Counted from the stretch's first letter, positions 20,530 to 31,622 are shown. The stretch: 64,000 bases of DNA from Candidatus Latescibacterota bacterium (GCA_965116885.1 OZ220741.1:256001-320000); one strand, 5' to 3'. A program made the numbers and translations. Notes: generated from the sequence alone by a model not told the origin.

Positions 20530-22218
20530 TCAAAGATACCGTTTGATGAGATCGGCAATATCCCCATACCCTTTTTTCTCTGCCCAAGCGAGTGGCGTTG
20601 CCCAATCAGCACCCGCCAGTGTGGGATCGGCACCGCGCTCGAGATAGAGACGCGCGAGATCGTACTTGCCCCATCGCGCAGCCCAGCCAAGCGGTGAAGA
20701 TTGCAAAAGCTCATCAATCACATCGAGATCTGCACCATAGTCGAGGAGAATTGTCGCAAAAGCGACGCGCTCGGCTTCGGTCATAATCACCTCTCCCCAC
20801 ACAACGCCACACGCCGCCAGGTGATGCGCAAGGCGATACCCGAAACGCCCGACCAGATTGGGACTGACGCCATGGTCGAGAATCATGCGAAAAATCTCGG
20901 GATAGACCGTGCGATCAAAATCCCGGAACTTGCGATGAGGGTGCGTGCGCCACAGGCGAATTGGCTGCTCGAGCAAGCCAAACCAGCGACCGTCATCGGG
21001 AGCCCACTCGAGTTGACGCAAACACATCCCCACAATATTGGGATCGCCCCCACAGCCCGCAGCCCACAAAAGCCTCTCTGCAAGAGAAGAATCATTGTGA
21101 AGCGCAACCGCAGCGGCAGACGTCTCGCCCTCAAGACCAGCAGTGATGTGATCCAAAACCCCACCGTATCTAAACAGCAACCCCTTCATCTTATCGTCGC
21201 GATTATTATACGCAGCCGCTATGGGATTGCCACTCGCGTAAATACTCGCATTGGGATCGGCACCGCGCTCGAGCAAAAGCTCGACAATCTCATACTGCGA
21301 GTGCCCCGCCGCATGAGCCAGCGGTTGGCCCCATGAATAGGGCTTAGACTCATAGTGATGAAGTTGATATCTGTCGTCGGGATCGAGACCCAGATCCAGC
21401 AGCAAACGCACCATATCGAGATTGTCACTTTGCACAGCAATCTGCAAAAGACCGTCTCGCTCGCTATCATTGGACTGAAAGCGTTCGGGATGTTGTCTCT
21501 TATACTCTTGAACAAAACCAAGATCCCCAAGCGCGACAGCAGACTCAAGCGATTGCTCGCAACCGGCCTGAAGGAGAATACCCGCACAAATCAAACACCC
21601 CTCATTGAGCGGCCTGTTGCGACCGCGAATATTGTGAACAGCACCGTCGAGAGGCGATTGACCCTCGGGCGTGAGATGCGTGATATCCGCACCGCGCTTG
21701 AGCAGATATTGAACAAGCTCATAATTTCCAAGAGATGCACCCGTGTGAATCACACTACCGCCATTGCGATGGCAGGCGTTGATCAAATCGGGATTCTTAT
21801 AGAGAATTTCCACGGTCTCCATCATCCGCCCCTCACGAATAGCCTCAAAAAGCGCGTCATTCTCCTCCGTAATGGTAATATTCTCGCAAGCCGCGAGTTT
21901 GCGTTTCTCATCTTCCTCTCGCAAAATCTCAACAATATCATCCATGCCGCGTTCATCCGCTATAGTAAACGCATCCGTGGCATCGCGGTGAGGATAAATA
22001 CCCGACGTGTGATCTGCACCCGCCTCCATAAGAACGCGCACCGCATCTGCGTGCTGATTCATAACCGCGTAGTGAATGGCGAGATGCTCATTGTTTTCGG
22101 CCATATGCACATTGACCAGATCGGGTTGCACATCGAGAATCTGACGAATCTTGGCGACATCGCCCTCACTTGCGGCTTCGCATAAATCCGCGACTTGATA
22201 AGTTCCATTTGTATCCAT
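20530..22218 (-). CDS. ankyrin repeat protein
   Basis: Repeated ankyrin units: AIHYAVMN..VRVLMEAGAD, LLERGADPN, SPLGWAARWG, TPLAWAEKKG. Confidence 0.93.
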   Translation of the reverse strand: MDTNGTYQVADLCEAASEGDVAKIRQILDVQPDLVNVHMAENNEHLAIHYAVMNQHADAVRVLMEAGADHTSGIYPHRDATDAFTIADERGMDDIVEILREEDEKRKLAACENITITEENDALFEAIREGRMMETVEILYKNPDLINACHRNGGSVIHTGASLGNYELVQYLLKRGADITHLTPEGQSPLDGAVHNIRGRNRPLNEGCLICAGILLQAGCEQSLESAVALGDLGFVQEYKRQHPERFQSNDSERDGLLQIAVQSDNLDMVRLLLDLGLDPDDRYQLHHYESKPYSWGQPLAHAAGHSQYEIVELLLERGADPNASIYASGNPIAAAYNNRDDKMKGLLFRYGGVLDHITAGLEGETSAAAVALHNDSSLAERLLWAAGCGGDPNIVGMCLRQLEWAPDDGRWFGLLEQPIRLWRTHPHRKFRDFDRTVYPEIFRMILDHGVSPNLVGRFGYRLAHHLAACGVVWGEVIMTEAERVAFATILLDYGADLDVIDELLQSSPLGWAARWGKYDLARLYLERGADPTLAGADWATPLAWAEKKGYGDIADLIKRYL

Positions 22219-22360
22219 ATTGGTTCCTTTCCCGAATGTCAGTACACAATATCTTCACATCTTCTATGATGAAAATTATAGTGAACATTTGTATATCTGT
22301 CAAGAGCAGTTCTGCATCACTGATTGTATTGGCACATAATGGATTTCAACCTTTTTTTGC

Positions 22361-24733
22361 TTATTCACATCGCAATATATCAACGGGATTGGTACGCGCT
22401 GTTTTCCAGGCGAGGCATCCTGCTGTTAAAACAGCAATAAAAAGCAGAACTGCTATACTCAAAAGAAACGGCCAAACCGCGAGATCAATCTGATAGGCAA
22501 AATTCTGCAACCAGTCCCGCATCAAAAAATATCCAACCGGACACGCAATTGTGCCCGCGAACACAGCGAGCCTGGCAAAATCCTGGCTAATCAAAACGAC
22601 GAGATGGGATACCGGAGCACCCAGCACCTTGCGAATACCAATTTCTCGGGCACGCTGTTCAGCGGCAAAAGCCGCCAGACCCGCCAGACCCAGACAGGCC
22701 AGCACAATGGCGACAATTGCAGACCGCGTAAAAATATGCCCCTGGCGTTGTTCCCGTCGGTATTTGGAATCGATATAATCGTCGATAAAAAAGAATTCAA
22801 AAGGCCGCGTCGGGATAAAATGCATCCAGGTCTCTTCGACAAAAGCCATCGTCTTCCGAATACGGTCGGGTTTAATCTTGAGATGCAAGTACTTCAAATC
22901 CGCACCCGCCGCAGACAAAACCACAGGCCCCAGAGGCTCTCTGAGAGAACGCACATGAAAATCTCCCATCACGCCAATAACCTGCGCGGGTCTCTCCCCA
23001 ATCATCAGCATACACCCCAGAGGATCTGCCCAACCAAATCGCTTTACAGCAGTCTCATTTACCACCACCTGCATCGCGGCCGCGTCCTCTGTCACCTGCT
23101 CCGCATAAGCCTGTGAAAAACTTCGACCCACGAGCATCGGAATATTGTAACACGTAAGAAAATTCTCATTCGCCCGAAAAACGCGCACTTCAACCTCTCG
23201 ATCAGGCCTTTCAACATCCGACGCAAAACGTCGGCTCGGCCAACTGTGTCCGGGCAGATCCAAGCTCGTACCCGCTACAATAATATCGGGATGCTGAAGA
23301 AATCGCTGTTTGACCGCATTATATTGACCATTCAAGTGGATCTGCTCCGCATCCGGACCAAAAATTTTCACCACGACAATCTCATCGCGATCAAAACCCA
23401 GGTATTTGCCCTGCACCAGATCCATCTGCTGATAGACCACGAGCGTAGATGCAATGAGAATAGCAGACACCGCAAATTGCACCACCACGAGACCTTTGCG
23501 CAGCCAGAGATCTCCTGGAAGCCTGTTGCGCAACCCCTTCAGCGCATCGACGGGCTGCTGCGCCGAAAGATAAAAAGCGGGATAACTTCCCGAAACCAGA
23601 GCAGTAACCAGCGCAATGCCCCCAATCCACAAAACATGATCAGAAATATTAAAAACAAGTGGTTGATCCATCAGACCTGAAAATTGCGGCAAAAGCAACA
23701 CCGTCAATCCAAAAGATATGGGCAACGCAACCCCCGTAAACAACACAGACTCGCACAAAAACTGCCCCATAATATGTTGCCGGCGCGCCCCCACAACCAT
23801 TCGCAGACCAATTTCGCGGGCGCGAATAGCTGAACGCGCAGTAGCCAGATTCATAAAATTGATACAGGCGATGAGCAAAATACCCACGCCCAGAACAGAC
23901 AGGGGATAGAGATCGCGAACATCCCGATACGGCATCCCTCCATCACCCGTAAAACCCGCCAGATCAATCCTGGAATACAGATGGATGCGCGGCAGAGCCT
24001 GGAGATGATAAGTCGCCTCCGATTCAGAGGGAAAGCGGACAGCAAGCGCATGCTCAAGAGCCTCAACATCTGCATCGGGACGCAAACGCACGTAAATCGG
24101 CGCAGCGCGTATCGCCCAGTTATCGGACGCAAAAAAAGTCACACTATCAAACTCCAACCGCGTATTGGTGGGGCGATCTTTCATCACGGCAACAACCGTA
24201 AATACCTGCTGAAATGTCTCGCGCTGCACCTCAACGGTGCGACCAATGGGGTCTGCATTACCATAGAGCTTATCGGCAACGCCCTGCGTTAAAACAATGG
24301 ACGCATCTCGGCGTTTGAGCGCAGTAGTATCCCCTCGAATAATATCCAGACCAAAGAAATCCACAACATCTCCATCAACCGGACAAAGGCGCTGTTGAAA
24401 CAATCGGTCCTCCGCGCGAAACCAGGACGTAATGCGGCGGAACTGAACAACCGCCTCGACCTCGGGATATTCATCGCGCAAATGCACGGCAATCTCTGAA
24501 GAAAGAGCGCCGCGCCATTCGACTTGCCCCCGCGCATCTATATCCCTCTTCATAATTCGATAAACCCGGTCAGCGTGGGGTCGAAAGGCATCGTAGCTCA
24601 TCTCGTAGCGTATAGAAAGCATAATGAGCACAGCACACGTCAATCCAATAGCCAGACTACTCAGGCTAATAATCGCATAGAACTTGTGACGCATCGCGTT
24701 GCGAATCGCAACTGTCAGAAAATTGTAGAACAT
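22361..24733 (-). CDS. ABC transporter permease, MacB/FtsX family
   Basis: MFYNFLTVAIRN, IACINFMNLATARS..REIGLRMVVGA, QRAREIGIRKVLGA, NPVDILRCE. Confidence 0.93.
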   Translation of the reverse strand: MFYNFLTVAIRNAMRHKFYAIISLSSLAIGLTCAVLIMLSIRYEMSYDAFRPHADRVYRIMKRDIDARGQVEWRGALSSEIAVHLRDEYPEVEAVVQFRRITSWFRAEDRLFQQRLCPVDGDVVDFFGLDIIRGDTTALKRRDASIVLTQGVADKLYGNADPIGRTVEVQRETFQQVFTVVAVMKDRPTNTRLEFDSVTFFASDNWAIRAAPIYVRLRPDADVEALEHALAVRFPSESEATYHLQALPRIHLYSRIDLAGFTGDGGMPYRDVRDLYPLSVLGVGILLIACINFMNLATARSAIRAREIGLRMVVGARRQHIMGQFLCESVLFTGVALPISFGLTVLLLPQFSGLMDQPLVFNISDHVLWIGGIALVTALVSGSYPAFYLSAQQPVDALKGLRNRLPGDLWLRKGLVVVQFAVSAILIASTLVVYQQMDLVQGKYLGFDRDEIVVVKIFGPDAEQIHLNGQYNAVKQRFLQHPDIIVAGTSLDLPGHSWPSRRFASDVERPDREVEVRVFRANENFLTCYNIPMLVGRSFSQAYAEQVTEDAAAMQVVVNETAVKRFGWADPLGCMLMIGERPAQVIGVMGDFHVRSLREPLGPVVLSAAGADLKYLHLKIKPDRIRKTMAFVEETWMHFIPTRPFEFFFIDDYIDSKYRREQRQGHIFTRSAIVAIVLACLGLAGLAAFAAEQRAREIGIRKVLGAPVSHLVVLISQDFARLAVFAGTIACPVGYFLMRDWLQNFAYQIDLAVWPFLLSIAVLLFIAVLTAGCLAWKTARTNPVDILRCE

Positions 24734-24739
24734 GGAAAC

Positions 24740-25588
24740 TCAGGGAAAGCGACCAGCGTGTTGATAGACGCGGTCGCCGTGTGCCATAAGCATCTCGTTT
24801 TCTTCAGGATTGGGCGCCCGCCAATCATCCAACAGTGAAAAATCGTGCTCAAGCTCCGCGCGGTCATTGGGCGCTGCAATCGCAATGGCGACAGAGGGAT
24901 AGGCCAGCGCAAAGCGGTACCACTCTCTTGCGGGTGGCGGTATAAAATTGGGCGGATCATCCGGCGTGGACTTCATCAAAGCGCCCCAGCGCAGGCAGGT
25001 ATAAACAACCACCGGAATACTGATCGGATCGGTCAAAGGGAACACATCCTCTTCTGCCCCGCGGTGGGCGGCATTGTAGCGGAGCATAAGCATATCCAGA
25101 GGACGGGACGCAACCTGTTCAGGCGCTCTGAGTTCACCCGTAGCAATGCACGCGGCCATATTGCGCTGGTGGCTGGTAAGGCCCAGAAAGCGCACTTTAC
25201 CCTGCTCGCGGGCGCGAGACATAGCTTCATAAGCACCCCCTTCAGACGCGATATCGCACCATTCACCTTCGCTCTCCACATAGTAAAACGTCACAACATC
25301 TATGTAATCCGTATTCAGCTCACACAACGCATCTTCAAGCTCCCGTTCAGCGCCTGAAGCAGTACGGGACTTGATCTGCCATGCCAGTACAATCTCCTCC
25401 CGTTCTGCACCCATACCCGCAACAGCGCTGCTCAAACCATCGGGACGACCGCACCAATTGAGATAGTTGACACCGCGTTCAACCGCATAACGGACATCGG
25501 CGGGGGACAAATGCGTATTGCCCCTCGTCGCCAAACCAAAGCGACAAAGAGGCGGCGTATTCTGATCAAATTGAAAAGTGCGTCGCAT
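24740..25588 (-). CDS. aldo/keto reductase family protein
   Basis: LNTDYIDV, GKVRFLGLTSH, MLRYNAAHRGAE. Confidence 0.8.
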   Translation of the reverse strand: MRRTFQFDQNTPPLCRFGLATRGNTHLSPADVRYAVERGVNYLNWCGRPDGLSSAVAGMGAEREEIVLAWQIKSRTASGAERELEDALCELNTDYIDVVTFYYVESEGEWCDIASEGGAYEAMSRAREQGKVRFLGLTSHQRNMAACIATGELRAPEQVASRPLDMLMLRYNAAHRGAEEDVFPLTDPISIPVVVYTCLRWGALMKSTPDDPPNFIPPPAREWYRFALAYPSVAIAIAAPNDRAELEHDFSLLDDWRAPNPEENEMLMAHGDRVYQHAGRFP

Positions 25589-25758
25589 GGATTTCTCCCG
25601 AGATTGTTTAACGCAAATACACTGAACATATGGATAGTCTAATTTTGGTAAATGTCAAGGACAACACATAGATTTTAACGATGCAATTTGACATCAAGTG
25701 TAAGTTGGCTATACTTGAAAAGAAATTATTTTTCTTTTCTTATTACGAGCCATATTAT

Positions 25759-26019
25759 ATGCCAGAGATTTGTAGATTCTATGGAATCAGGATCGAGATG
25801 TTCTTTCTCGATCACGGAGTTCCACATTTTCATGTCCGCTATGGTGAATATACGGCAAAAATTGCCATTGAATCTCTGCAAATCATTCGAGGCGTATTGC
25901 CCAGAAGAGCATATCGTCTTGCCAAAGAATGGGCGATTCTCCATCGAGATGAACTCATGAGAAATTGGCAGCGCACGCAGGCAGGGCAGTCAGCATTTCC
26001 TATTGATCCATTGACTTAA
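25759..26019 (+). CDS. DUF4160 family protein (TA-like)
   Basis: MPEICRFYGIRIEMF..DHGVPHFHVRYG..EWAILHRDELMRNW. Confidence 0.88.
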   Translation: MPEICRFYGIRIEMFFLDHGVPHFHVRYGEYTAKIAIESLQIIRGVLPRRAYRLAKEWAILHRDELMRNWQRTQAGQSAFPIDPLT

Positions 26020-26024
26020 AGGAG

Positions 26025-26348
26025 ATGATCATGTCTGATTCTGAAGAAATTATTCGCGTCGGTCAAGAGATACCCGAGGTCGCTTCTGTAAAAACGCGAA
26101 TGCCTTATACACTAATTGTAACCTTTGGGGATGGCACTTGTCGGGAAACCCTGTTGAATCCCGATGACCTGGTTGGCCTCATGGCCTCCTTAAAAGATCC
26201 TGATTACTTTGCTCGGGCATTTGTAGATACTCGCACCAGGACCGTTGCCTGGCCTAATGGGATCGATTTAGACCCTTGTGTGCTCTATGAGCCATCCTTG
26301 CGAACAAAAGTGAAACGAAAGCATATTGACAAAACACAATCCCTATGA
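26025..26348 (+). CDS. DUF2442 family protein (TA-like partner)
   Basis: YTLIVTFGDG..LKDPDYF..TVAWPNGIDLDPCVLYE. Confidence 0.85.
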   Translation: MIMSDSEEIIRVGQEIPEVASVKTRMPYTLIVTFGDGTCRETLLNPDDLVGLMASLKDPDYFARAFVDTRTRTVAWPNGIDLDPCVLYEPSLRTKVKRKHIDKTQSL

Positions 26349-27561
26349 AGCATTTCATATCAGGGAATTTCGGTTATACGCGCTGGGCTGGTTTGCCGCA
26401 TTGGTCGGCACACAAATTCAGAGTGCAGCCATAGGATGGGAAATGTATGCCCGCACCGGGCAAGCACTCGCGCTCGGCCTGGTAGGTCTGGCAATCGCAT
26501 TGCCCACAATGATCCTCGCACTCCCCGCGGGCTATCTCGCCGACCGCTTTAACCGGCGCACGGTCATGATGTTGAGCTTGACGGGCACGACATTAACCTC
26601 TCTGGGCCTTGCCACAGTATCCTGGAAACAGGGACCAATTGCCCTGATGTACGCCTTGCTCGTCGTCGATGCTGCAATAACCGTACTCGGTGCACCAGCA
26701 CGGCGGGCAATTGTACCCCAACTGGTACCGCGCGGGATATTTCCCAATGCCGTGGCGTGGAGTATGAGCTTGATGCAAATGGCGTGGGTAGTGGGACCCA
26801 TGATCGGAGGCCTTATCGCAGCAGTTTACGTACCTGCAGCGTACCTCGCAAGTGCCGGATGTACGGGATGGTTTCTATTGATACTATCCCGATTGCGCGT
26901 ACCGCCCGTAGAACGCGATAAAAACGCAGCGCGGATTTCACCGCTACAAAATCTGATGGGCGGGTTAGTATTTTTGAAGAACAACCGCTTGCTATTGTCG
27001 CTCATGGCACTGGACATGTTTGCCGTGCTCCTGGGCGGCGCCGTGTATTTATTACCAATTTACGCACAGGACATCTTAAATGTGGGATCCGAGGGATTTG
27101 GAATATTGCGATCAGCACCTGCGGTGGGAGCCCTGATAATGGCACTCACACTGGCACACCTGCCCCCGATGAAAAAAGCTGGCAGAAATCTGCTCCTCAC
27201 CGTAGCTGGATTTGGCATCGCAACCATTGTATTCGGAATATCGGAAAACTTCTGGTTGTCATTTGCGATGCTCGTATTGACCGGGGCATTTGACAACGTA
27301 AGCATGGTCATTCGACACACACTCGTACAGTTAATCACCCCCGATGCAATGCGCGGCAGGGTATCGGCTGTAAACGGGGTATTTGTGAGCGCGTCAAATG
27401 AACTGGGGGGCCTCGAATCTGGAGGTGTAGCGGAATTGTATGGACCTGTATTCTCAGTCGTAAGCGGCGGCATCGGAACACTATTAGTCACAGGTATAAC
27501 AGCAATAGCTTCCCCGAGCTTGAGAAAAGTAGGCGCACTGGATGAAGTGGAAGAAGGATAG
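26326..27561 (+). CDS. MFS transporter (EntS/DHA3-like)
   Basis: 12 TM pattern; AGYLADRFNRR, LDMFAVLLGGA, PDAMRGRVSAVN..SNELG. Confidence 0.92.
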   Translation: MTKHNPYEAFHIREFRLYALGWFAALVGTQIQSAAIGWEMYARTGQALALGLVGLAIALPTMILALPAGYLADRFNRRTVMMLSLTGTTLTSLGLATVSWKQGPIALMYALLVVDAAITVLGAPARRAIVPQLVPRGIFPNAVAWSMSLMQMAWVVGPMIGGLIAAVYVPAAYLASAGCTGWFLLILSRLRVPPVERDKNAARISPLQNLMGGLVFLKNNRLLLSLMALDMFAVLLGGAVYLLPIYAQDILNVGSEGFGILRSAPAVGALIMALTLAHLPPMKKAGRNLLLTVAGFGIATIVFGISENFWLSFAMLVLTGAFDNVSMVIRHTLVQLITPDAMRGRVSAVNGVFVSASNELGGLESGGVAELYGPVFSVVSGGIGTLLVTGITAIASPSLRKVGALDEVEEG

Positions 27562-27606
27562 TGTTAAAGGAGGGATGTTGCTCAGACCTGGACCACAACC
27601 GCTGAT

Positions 27607-28545
27607 TTAGCCCCGCTTGATAACAACATAACTGATATCGTCATCGGGTGTGTTGAAAGCGATGAGGTCCTCTTTGATCGCGTAGAAAATTTCTTTGGCA
27701 GTCAGATCTCTGATCTCGTGAAGTTTTTGTTCGAGATAATGCGGCGCGTAAAACTCGCCATTTCGGTGATGTTCAACCAGACCATCCGTAAAAAGAATAA
27801 GAATATCGCCCGTGCCCATTAAATCCCATTCGTTAAGTTCGTACTCTTCCTTAAAACCGAGCACACTCTCATTGATATTGCGATCGATATCGCGTCCCGA
27901 GGGAAGCGTACCAATAGGTGGAGAGGCAATCATCCGATCTTCGGGCACATCTACAATACCTTTGTACTTGCGCGAATACACCAGCGGCATGGGATGCCCT
28001 GCCGACAGAAACTGGAAATGCCCTTCCTCAGATATCTCCCCGTAAATCATCGTAATAAATTTGCTGAGACTCGACGAATTGTAAAACCGCGTATTGAGAT
28101 TTTCAAACAACTTGGCCGTAATATTGCCATAATAATCCATCTCGTAAATCGCACCCATCAGAAAAGCCTGATGGAGCATCGCCGCAAGAAGCGCGTCCGT
28201 AATCTGATGCCCTGAAACATCGGCCACTGCCACACCGGCCTTAAAGCGACATTCCTCCAGCTTTTTGACAACATCATCCTGCCCGCGACCGCGGGCTTTT
28301 TCTATACGCGCATCGAGATCATAGCGCTTCTTAAAATCGACATAAACAATATGGTCGCCACCCACAATACCGTTGAGCGGAATGGTCTCACCGTAAATAT
28401 CAACCCCATCGAGCGCGGGTATTTCCCCCGGCAATGGTGTGACGTAGCGGGCAATATCCTGAAAATTATTCAACTCTCCCATGAGCATCTTCATGGAGTC
28501 ATTCACTTGCTGGAGACCCGTTTCGTCTATCTCATCAAAAGCCAT
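27607..28545 (-). CDS. stand-alone PP2C/SpoIIE-type Ser/Thr phosphatase
   Basis: VGGDH, VADVSGH, SAGHP, LFTDGL, DDISYVVI. Confidence 0.88.
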   Translation of the reverse strand: MAFDEIDETGLQQVNDSMKMLMGELNNFQDIARYVTPLPGEIPALDGVDIYGETIPLNGIVGGDHIVYVDFKKRYDLDARIEKARGRGQDDVVKKLEECRFKAGVAVADVSGHQITDALLAAMLHQAFLMGAIYEMDYYGNITAKLFENLNTRFYNSSSLSKFITMIYGEISEEGHFQFLSAGHPMPLVYSRKYKGIVDVPEDRMIASPPIGTLPSGRDIDRNINESVLGFKEEYELNEWDLMGTGDILILFTDGLVEHHRNGEFYAPHYLEQKLHEIRDLTAKEIFYAIKEDLIAFNTPDDDISYVVIKRG

Positions 28546-28609
28546 GCATCCTCCGAAAAATATCGAGCCAAACACAACGCTTGAAAAGTAACCATTTGCC
28601 ACCCTCAAA

Positions 28610-30805
28610 TCAAGTCAGGCAATCCTCATCCGACAAAATCTTGTACGACGACATAAACGGCACATAAAAAGAGGCAAACGACTTGGGACCCGAACCATCG
28701 AAAAGCACGGTATCACCAACGATATCCTTGACAATGCGCTTGCCACTACGATTACCACCCGGACGCATGGATTTCATCATGCGCTCGGCCTGTTCCAAAA
28801 AGCGTTTATCGCCCGAATGCTCATACGCATGACACAGCGCTTCCATTTCCCGAGGACCGCCCGCCCTCCGCTGGAGACTGGGCAATTCCTTGTAAAAAAA
28901 GCGACCATCGGGCATCACACAGTGATCGAGCAAATCGCCCATCTCCGCCACAATCAGTGGTGGAATCCGATCATCTCCCGTCGCAGTATAATACCGATGC
29001 AGTGCATTGATCGCTATGGAAATCATAAAAGGAACGCGCACCAGCGTATGCGCGGTATAAGGCGCGAGAAAAGCCCCCCACTTTTCTTTCCACTCGATAA
29101 ATTGCTCGGCAATCCTGCGACACGCATCGAGGTATTTTTCTTCCCTTGTCTCGATATACACGGCAATCAAACCGCGCATCGCCCAGCCAGTCTCGCGGGC
29201 TTGCTGCCCCCCGGCGCGAGAAAATTTGGGCGACTCGAGATGGCGGATCATATTATCCGCAATGGAAATCGCCTTTTCGCGAGCCTCCCGTTTGCCGGTC
29301 ATGTGATAATAATCCAGCAACCCCTCGGTCCACTCGTGCGAAGGCGTTACACCGCCCGTCACATGCCCCGCCGTATGAATGGGTTGCCCACCCATCTTGA
29401 GTGGATCATCGCTATAATGGCAAAAATCCACATCAATCCAGTGCTGTGCAGCCACACACGCCGCATCTCTAAACCGGCGCTCGCCCGTCTTCGCATAGAG
29501 CAAAAACATCGCATGTGGAAAATCGTATTCATTATTGGTCCACACCAGTTCCCCTTTGCCGCGCCCCTGCTGCGTGTACCCGTGATCCGGACCATCGCCC
29601 CAGTGCATCATCCCAAGACCCTGATTGCGCCCATCCGCCATATTGATAATACTGGCTTCAATATCCCAATTTTTATTCGTGGGAAAGAGATTCTCCCACA
29701 CATTGGCTTCGCGATACCAGGACTCGGGCAGAATACCGATATCCGGATATTGAAATTGGAGCGACTGCACAACCACATCGTCCAGAGACATAGCAGAAGT
29801 GTGAAAATAAAATTGCATGCGATGGGTCTTGGCTACGCCCTGCAAAACCTTGACGGGATCCTGACTCGCGGGATAAATATCCAGATCAATACCATCTTCG
29901 CCAACTGCAATCCCCTTGGGAAAATTTTGATGCGCTTGAAAAGGCGTAATACAAACGCCCTTTTCAGCATCGCACCAGTCTGCCCAGAAATCTCCGTAAA
30001 ACGTATCAAGTACGTGTTCAACAGACTGAAAAAGAATCGTCTCAGCATCCAGAAGACGCGCATTTGCCCCCTCTGTAAGATCGGTGCGATAATAACCCTC
30101 TCCAGTAGCGCATCGCACATCGCCCGCACCCGACGCGGCGAACTTCAGCGCAATCTCTGACACATCAACACTCGCCACCTTCTCTCGATTGATAAACTGA
30201 TAATCCAGACGAATAAAGGGTTTTCCCGCCCATGCCTCGACAAGAACGCGCACATCGAACAGTGTGCCCGCATCGACAACATGCTTACCCGCACACTCAA
30301 CCAGACTTCGCACGGGACCTGACTCCAAAACAGTAATGGTATCGATATTGGCGAGATACGATCCACCTTCTGCATCGGTTATACCAAAAGAAGCATTAGC
30401 ACCAAACCATTCAATATCATTTACGCGAATCGCCTTAAAAAGATCTGTCCCAAGTCCAACATCAACAGAAAGAACACCTGTATCAACAGTATAGCAATCG
30501 CCCCGTTTCGTCACCGTGGTCCTCTGTTCCAGATCAGGCGAAACAATACTCCCATCAGTCGCAAAAGTGAGATCGTGTGCGCGGTTGCCGGGAAGATCAG
30601 CCAGAAAATGCGCCATAAGCCACTTGATCGACCCATCGTCCCAGCGCGCTGTAACATCAGTCTGAACCGCTATATCTGTTCCATCATTACAAATACCAAA
30701 TTGCCCAGAGTCGGTGAACCGTCCCTGGGCAAATGGAATACCGAGCGAAACGGGTTCGCCAATGCGGTCGTACATCGAAAGTTTGTCAAAATGAATCGTG
30801 GACAC
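28610..30805 (-). CDS. PcRGLX/YetA-like (PL26-like) polysaccharide lyase/hydrolase
   Basis: GTG start after GGAGG; EPVSLGIPF..ARWDDGSIKW N-terminal barrel; HWGD, WTNNEYD, HWIDVD, SHEWTEGLLDYYHMTG helical barrel. Confidence 0.65.
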   Translation of the reverse strand: MSTIHFDKLSMYDRIGEPVSLGIPFAQGRFTDSGQFGICNDGTDIAVQTDVTARWDDGSIKWLMAHFLADLPGNRAHDLTFATDGSIVSPDLEQRTTVTKRGDCYTVDTGVLSVDVGLGTDLFKAIRVNDIEWFGANASFGITDAEGGSYLANIDTITVLESGPVRSLVECAGKHVVDAGTLFDVRVLVEAWAGKPFIRLDYQFINREKVASVDVSEIALKFAASGAGDVRCATGEGYYRTDLTEGANARLLDAETILFQSVEHVLDTFYGDFWADWCDAEKGVCITPFQAHQNFPKGIAVGEDGIDLDIYPASQDPVKVLQGVAKTHRMQFYFHTSAMSLDDVVVQSLQFQYPDIGILPESWYREANVWENLFPTNKNWDIEASIINMADGRNQGLGMMHWGDGPDHGYTQQGRGKGELVWTNNEYDFPHAMFLLYAKTGERRFRDAACVAAQHWIDVDFCHYSDDPLKMGGQPIHTAGHVTGGVTPSHEWTEGLLDYYHMTGKREAREKAISIADNMIRHLESPKFSRAGGQQARETGWAMRGLIAVYIETREEKYLDACRRIAEQFIEWKEKWGAFLAPYTAHTLVRVPFMISIAINALHRYYTATGDDRIPPLIVAEMGDLLDHCVMPDGRFFYKELPSLQRRAGGPREMEALCHAYEHSGDKRFLEQAERMMKSMRPGGNRSGKRIVKDIVGDTVLFDGSGPKSFASFYVPFMSSYKILSDEDCLT

Positions 30806-30989
30806 AATTCCTCCCTTGAGATCATCATACCAATCTGCTTTCCACCGAATATATTTTAAATCTCGACCCCATGCAACAACGCGATAAACTTGACAGCTTG
30901 ACGGAGTATCGTTTTGTCTTATATTATCGCCACGCAGTTGGATTTTGAAGTCTCTATCTCCTCCACAATCCAATAGAAAGGATTACACT

Positions 30990-31622
30990 ATGTCATTGCA
31001 GTTAGGCGATGTTGCCCCCGACTTTACAGCAGAAACCACGGAAGGCACCATCAATTTTCACGAATGGTTGGGTGATGGCTGGGGCATTCTGTTTTCCCAT
31101 CCCGCCGACTTTACGCCGGTATGCACCACCGAATTGGGCGCCATGGCAAATATCAAAGAGGAATTTGACAAGCGCGGCGTCAAAGTCTTGGCCATCAGCG
31201 TTGATCCCCTCGAATCGCATGAAGGCTGGATTAGCGACATCAACGAAACGCAAAATGCAACCGTCAATTATCCCATGATCGCCGACCCCGACCGCCAGGT
31301 AGCCGACCTCTACGAAATGATCCATCCCAATGCAGATAACACCCTGACCGTGCGATCGGTATTTGTAATTGGACCCGACAAAACAATCAAACTGATGCTC
31401 ACCTACCCGGCATCTACGGGCCGCAACTTCGACGAAATCCTGCGCGTAGTCGATTCTCTACAACTGACAGCCAAACACAGTTTGGCCACGCCCGTGAACT
31501 GGCGACCCGGCGAAGACGTGATCATCTCACCCACAGTTACAGACGAAGAAGCCGACGAACGCTTCCCCGGATACACCGCGGTGAAACCCTATTTGCGCGT
31601 CATACAGCAACCCGCTGAGTAA
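30990..31622 (+). CDS. 1-Cys peroxiredoxin (Prx6)
   Basis: FSHPADFTPVCTTELG, YPASTGRNFDEILR. Confidence 0.95.
   Translation: MSLQLGDVAPDFTAETTEGTINFHEWLGDGWGILFSHPADFTPVCTTELGAMANIKEEFDKRGVKVLAISVDPLESHEGWISDINETQNATVNYPMIADPDRQVADLYEMIHPNADNTLTVRSVFVIGPDKTIKLMLTYPASTGRNFDEILRVVDSLQLTAKHSLATPVNWRPGEDVIISPTVTDEEADERFPGYTAVKPYLRVIQQPAE

Noticed and set aside
22329..22345. TTGGCAC resembling a third sigma54 promoter
   Set aside because: No TTGC at -12 and it points into the 3' end of a convergent gene
27607..28545. PP2C phosphatase as cognate partner of the kinase-bEBP
   Set aside because: 18 kb away with no shared motif; no evidence of linkage
28817..30160. Long antisense ORFs (also 12749-13690, 21355-22185, 39712-40560, 43331-44107)
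   Set aside because: Shadows of well-supported genes on the opposite strand with no recognisable motifs
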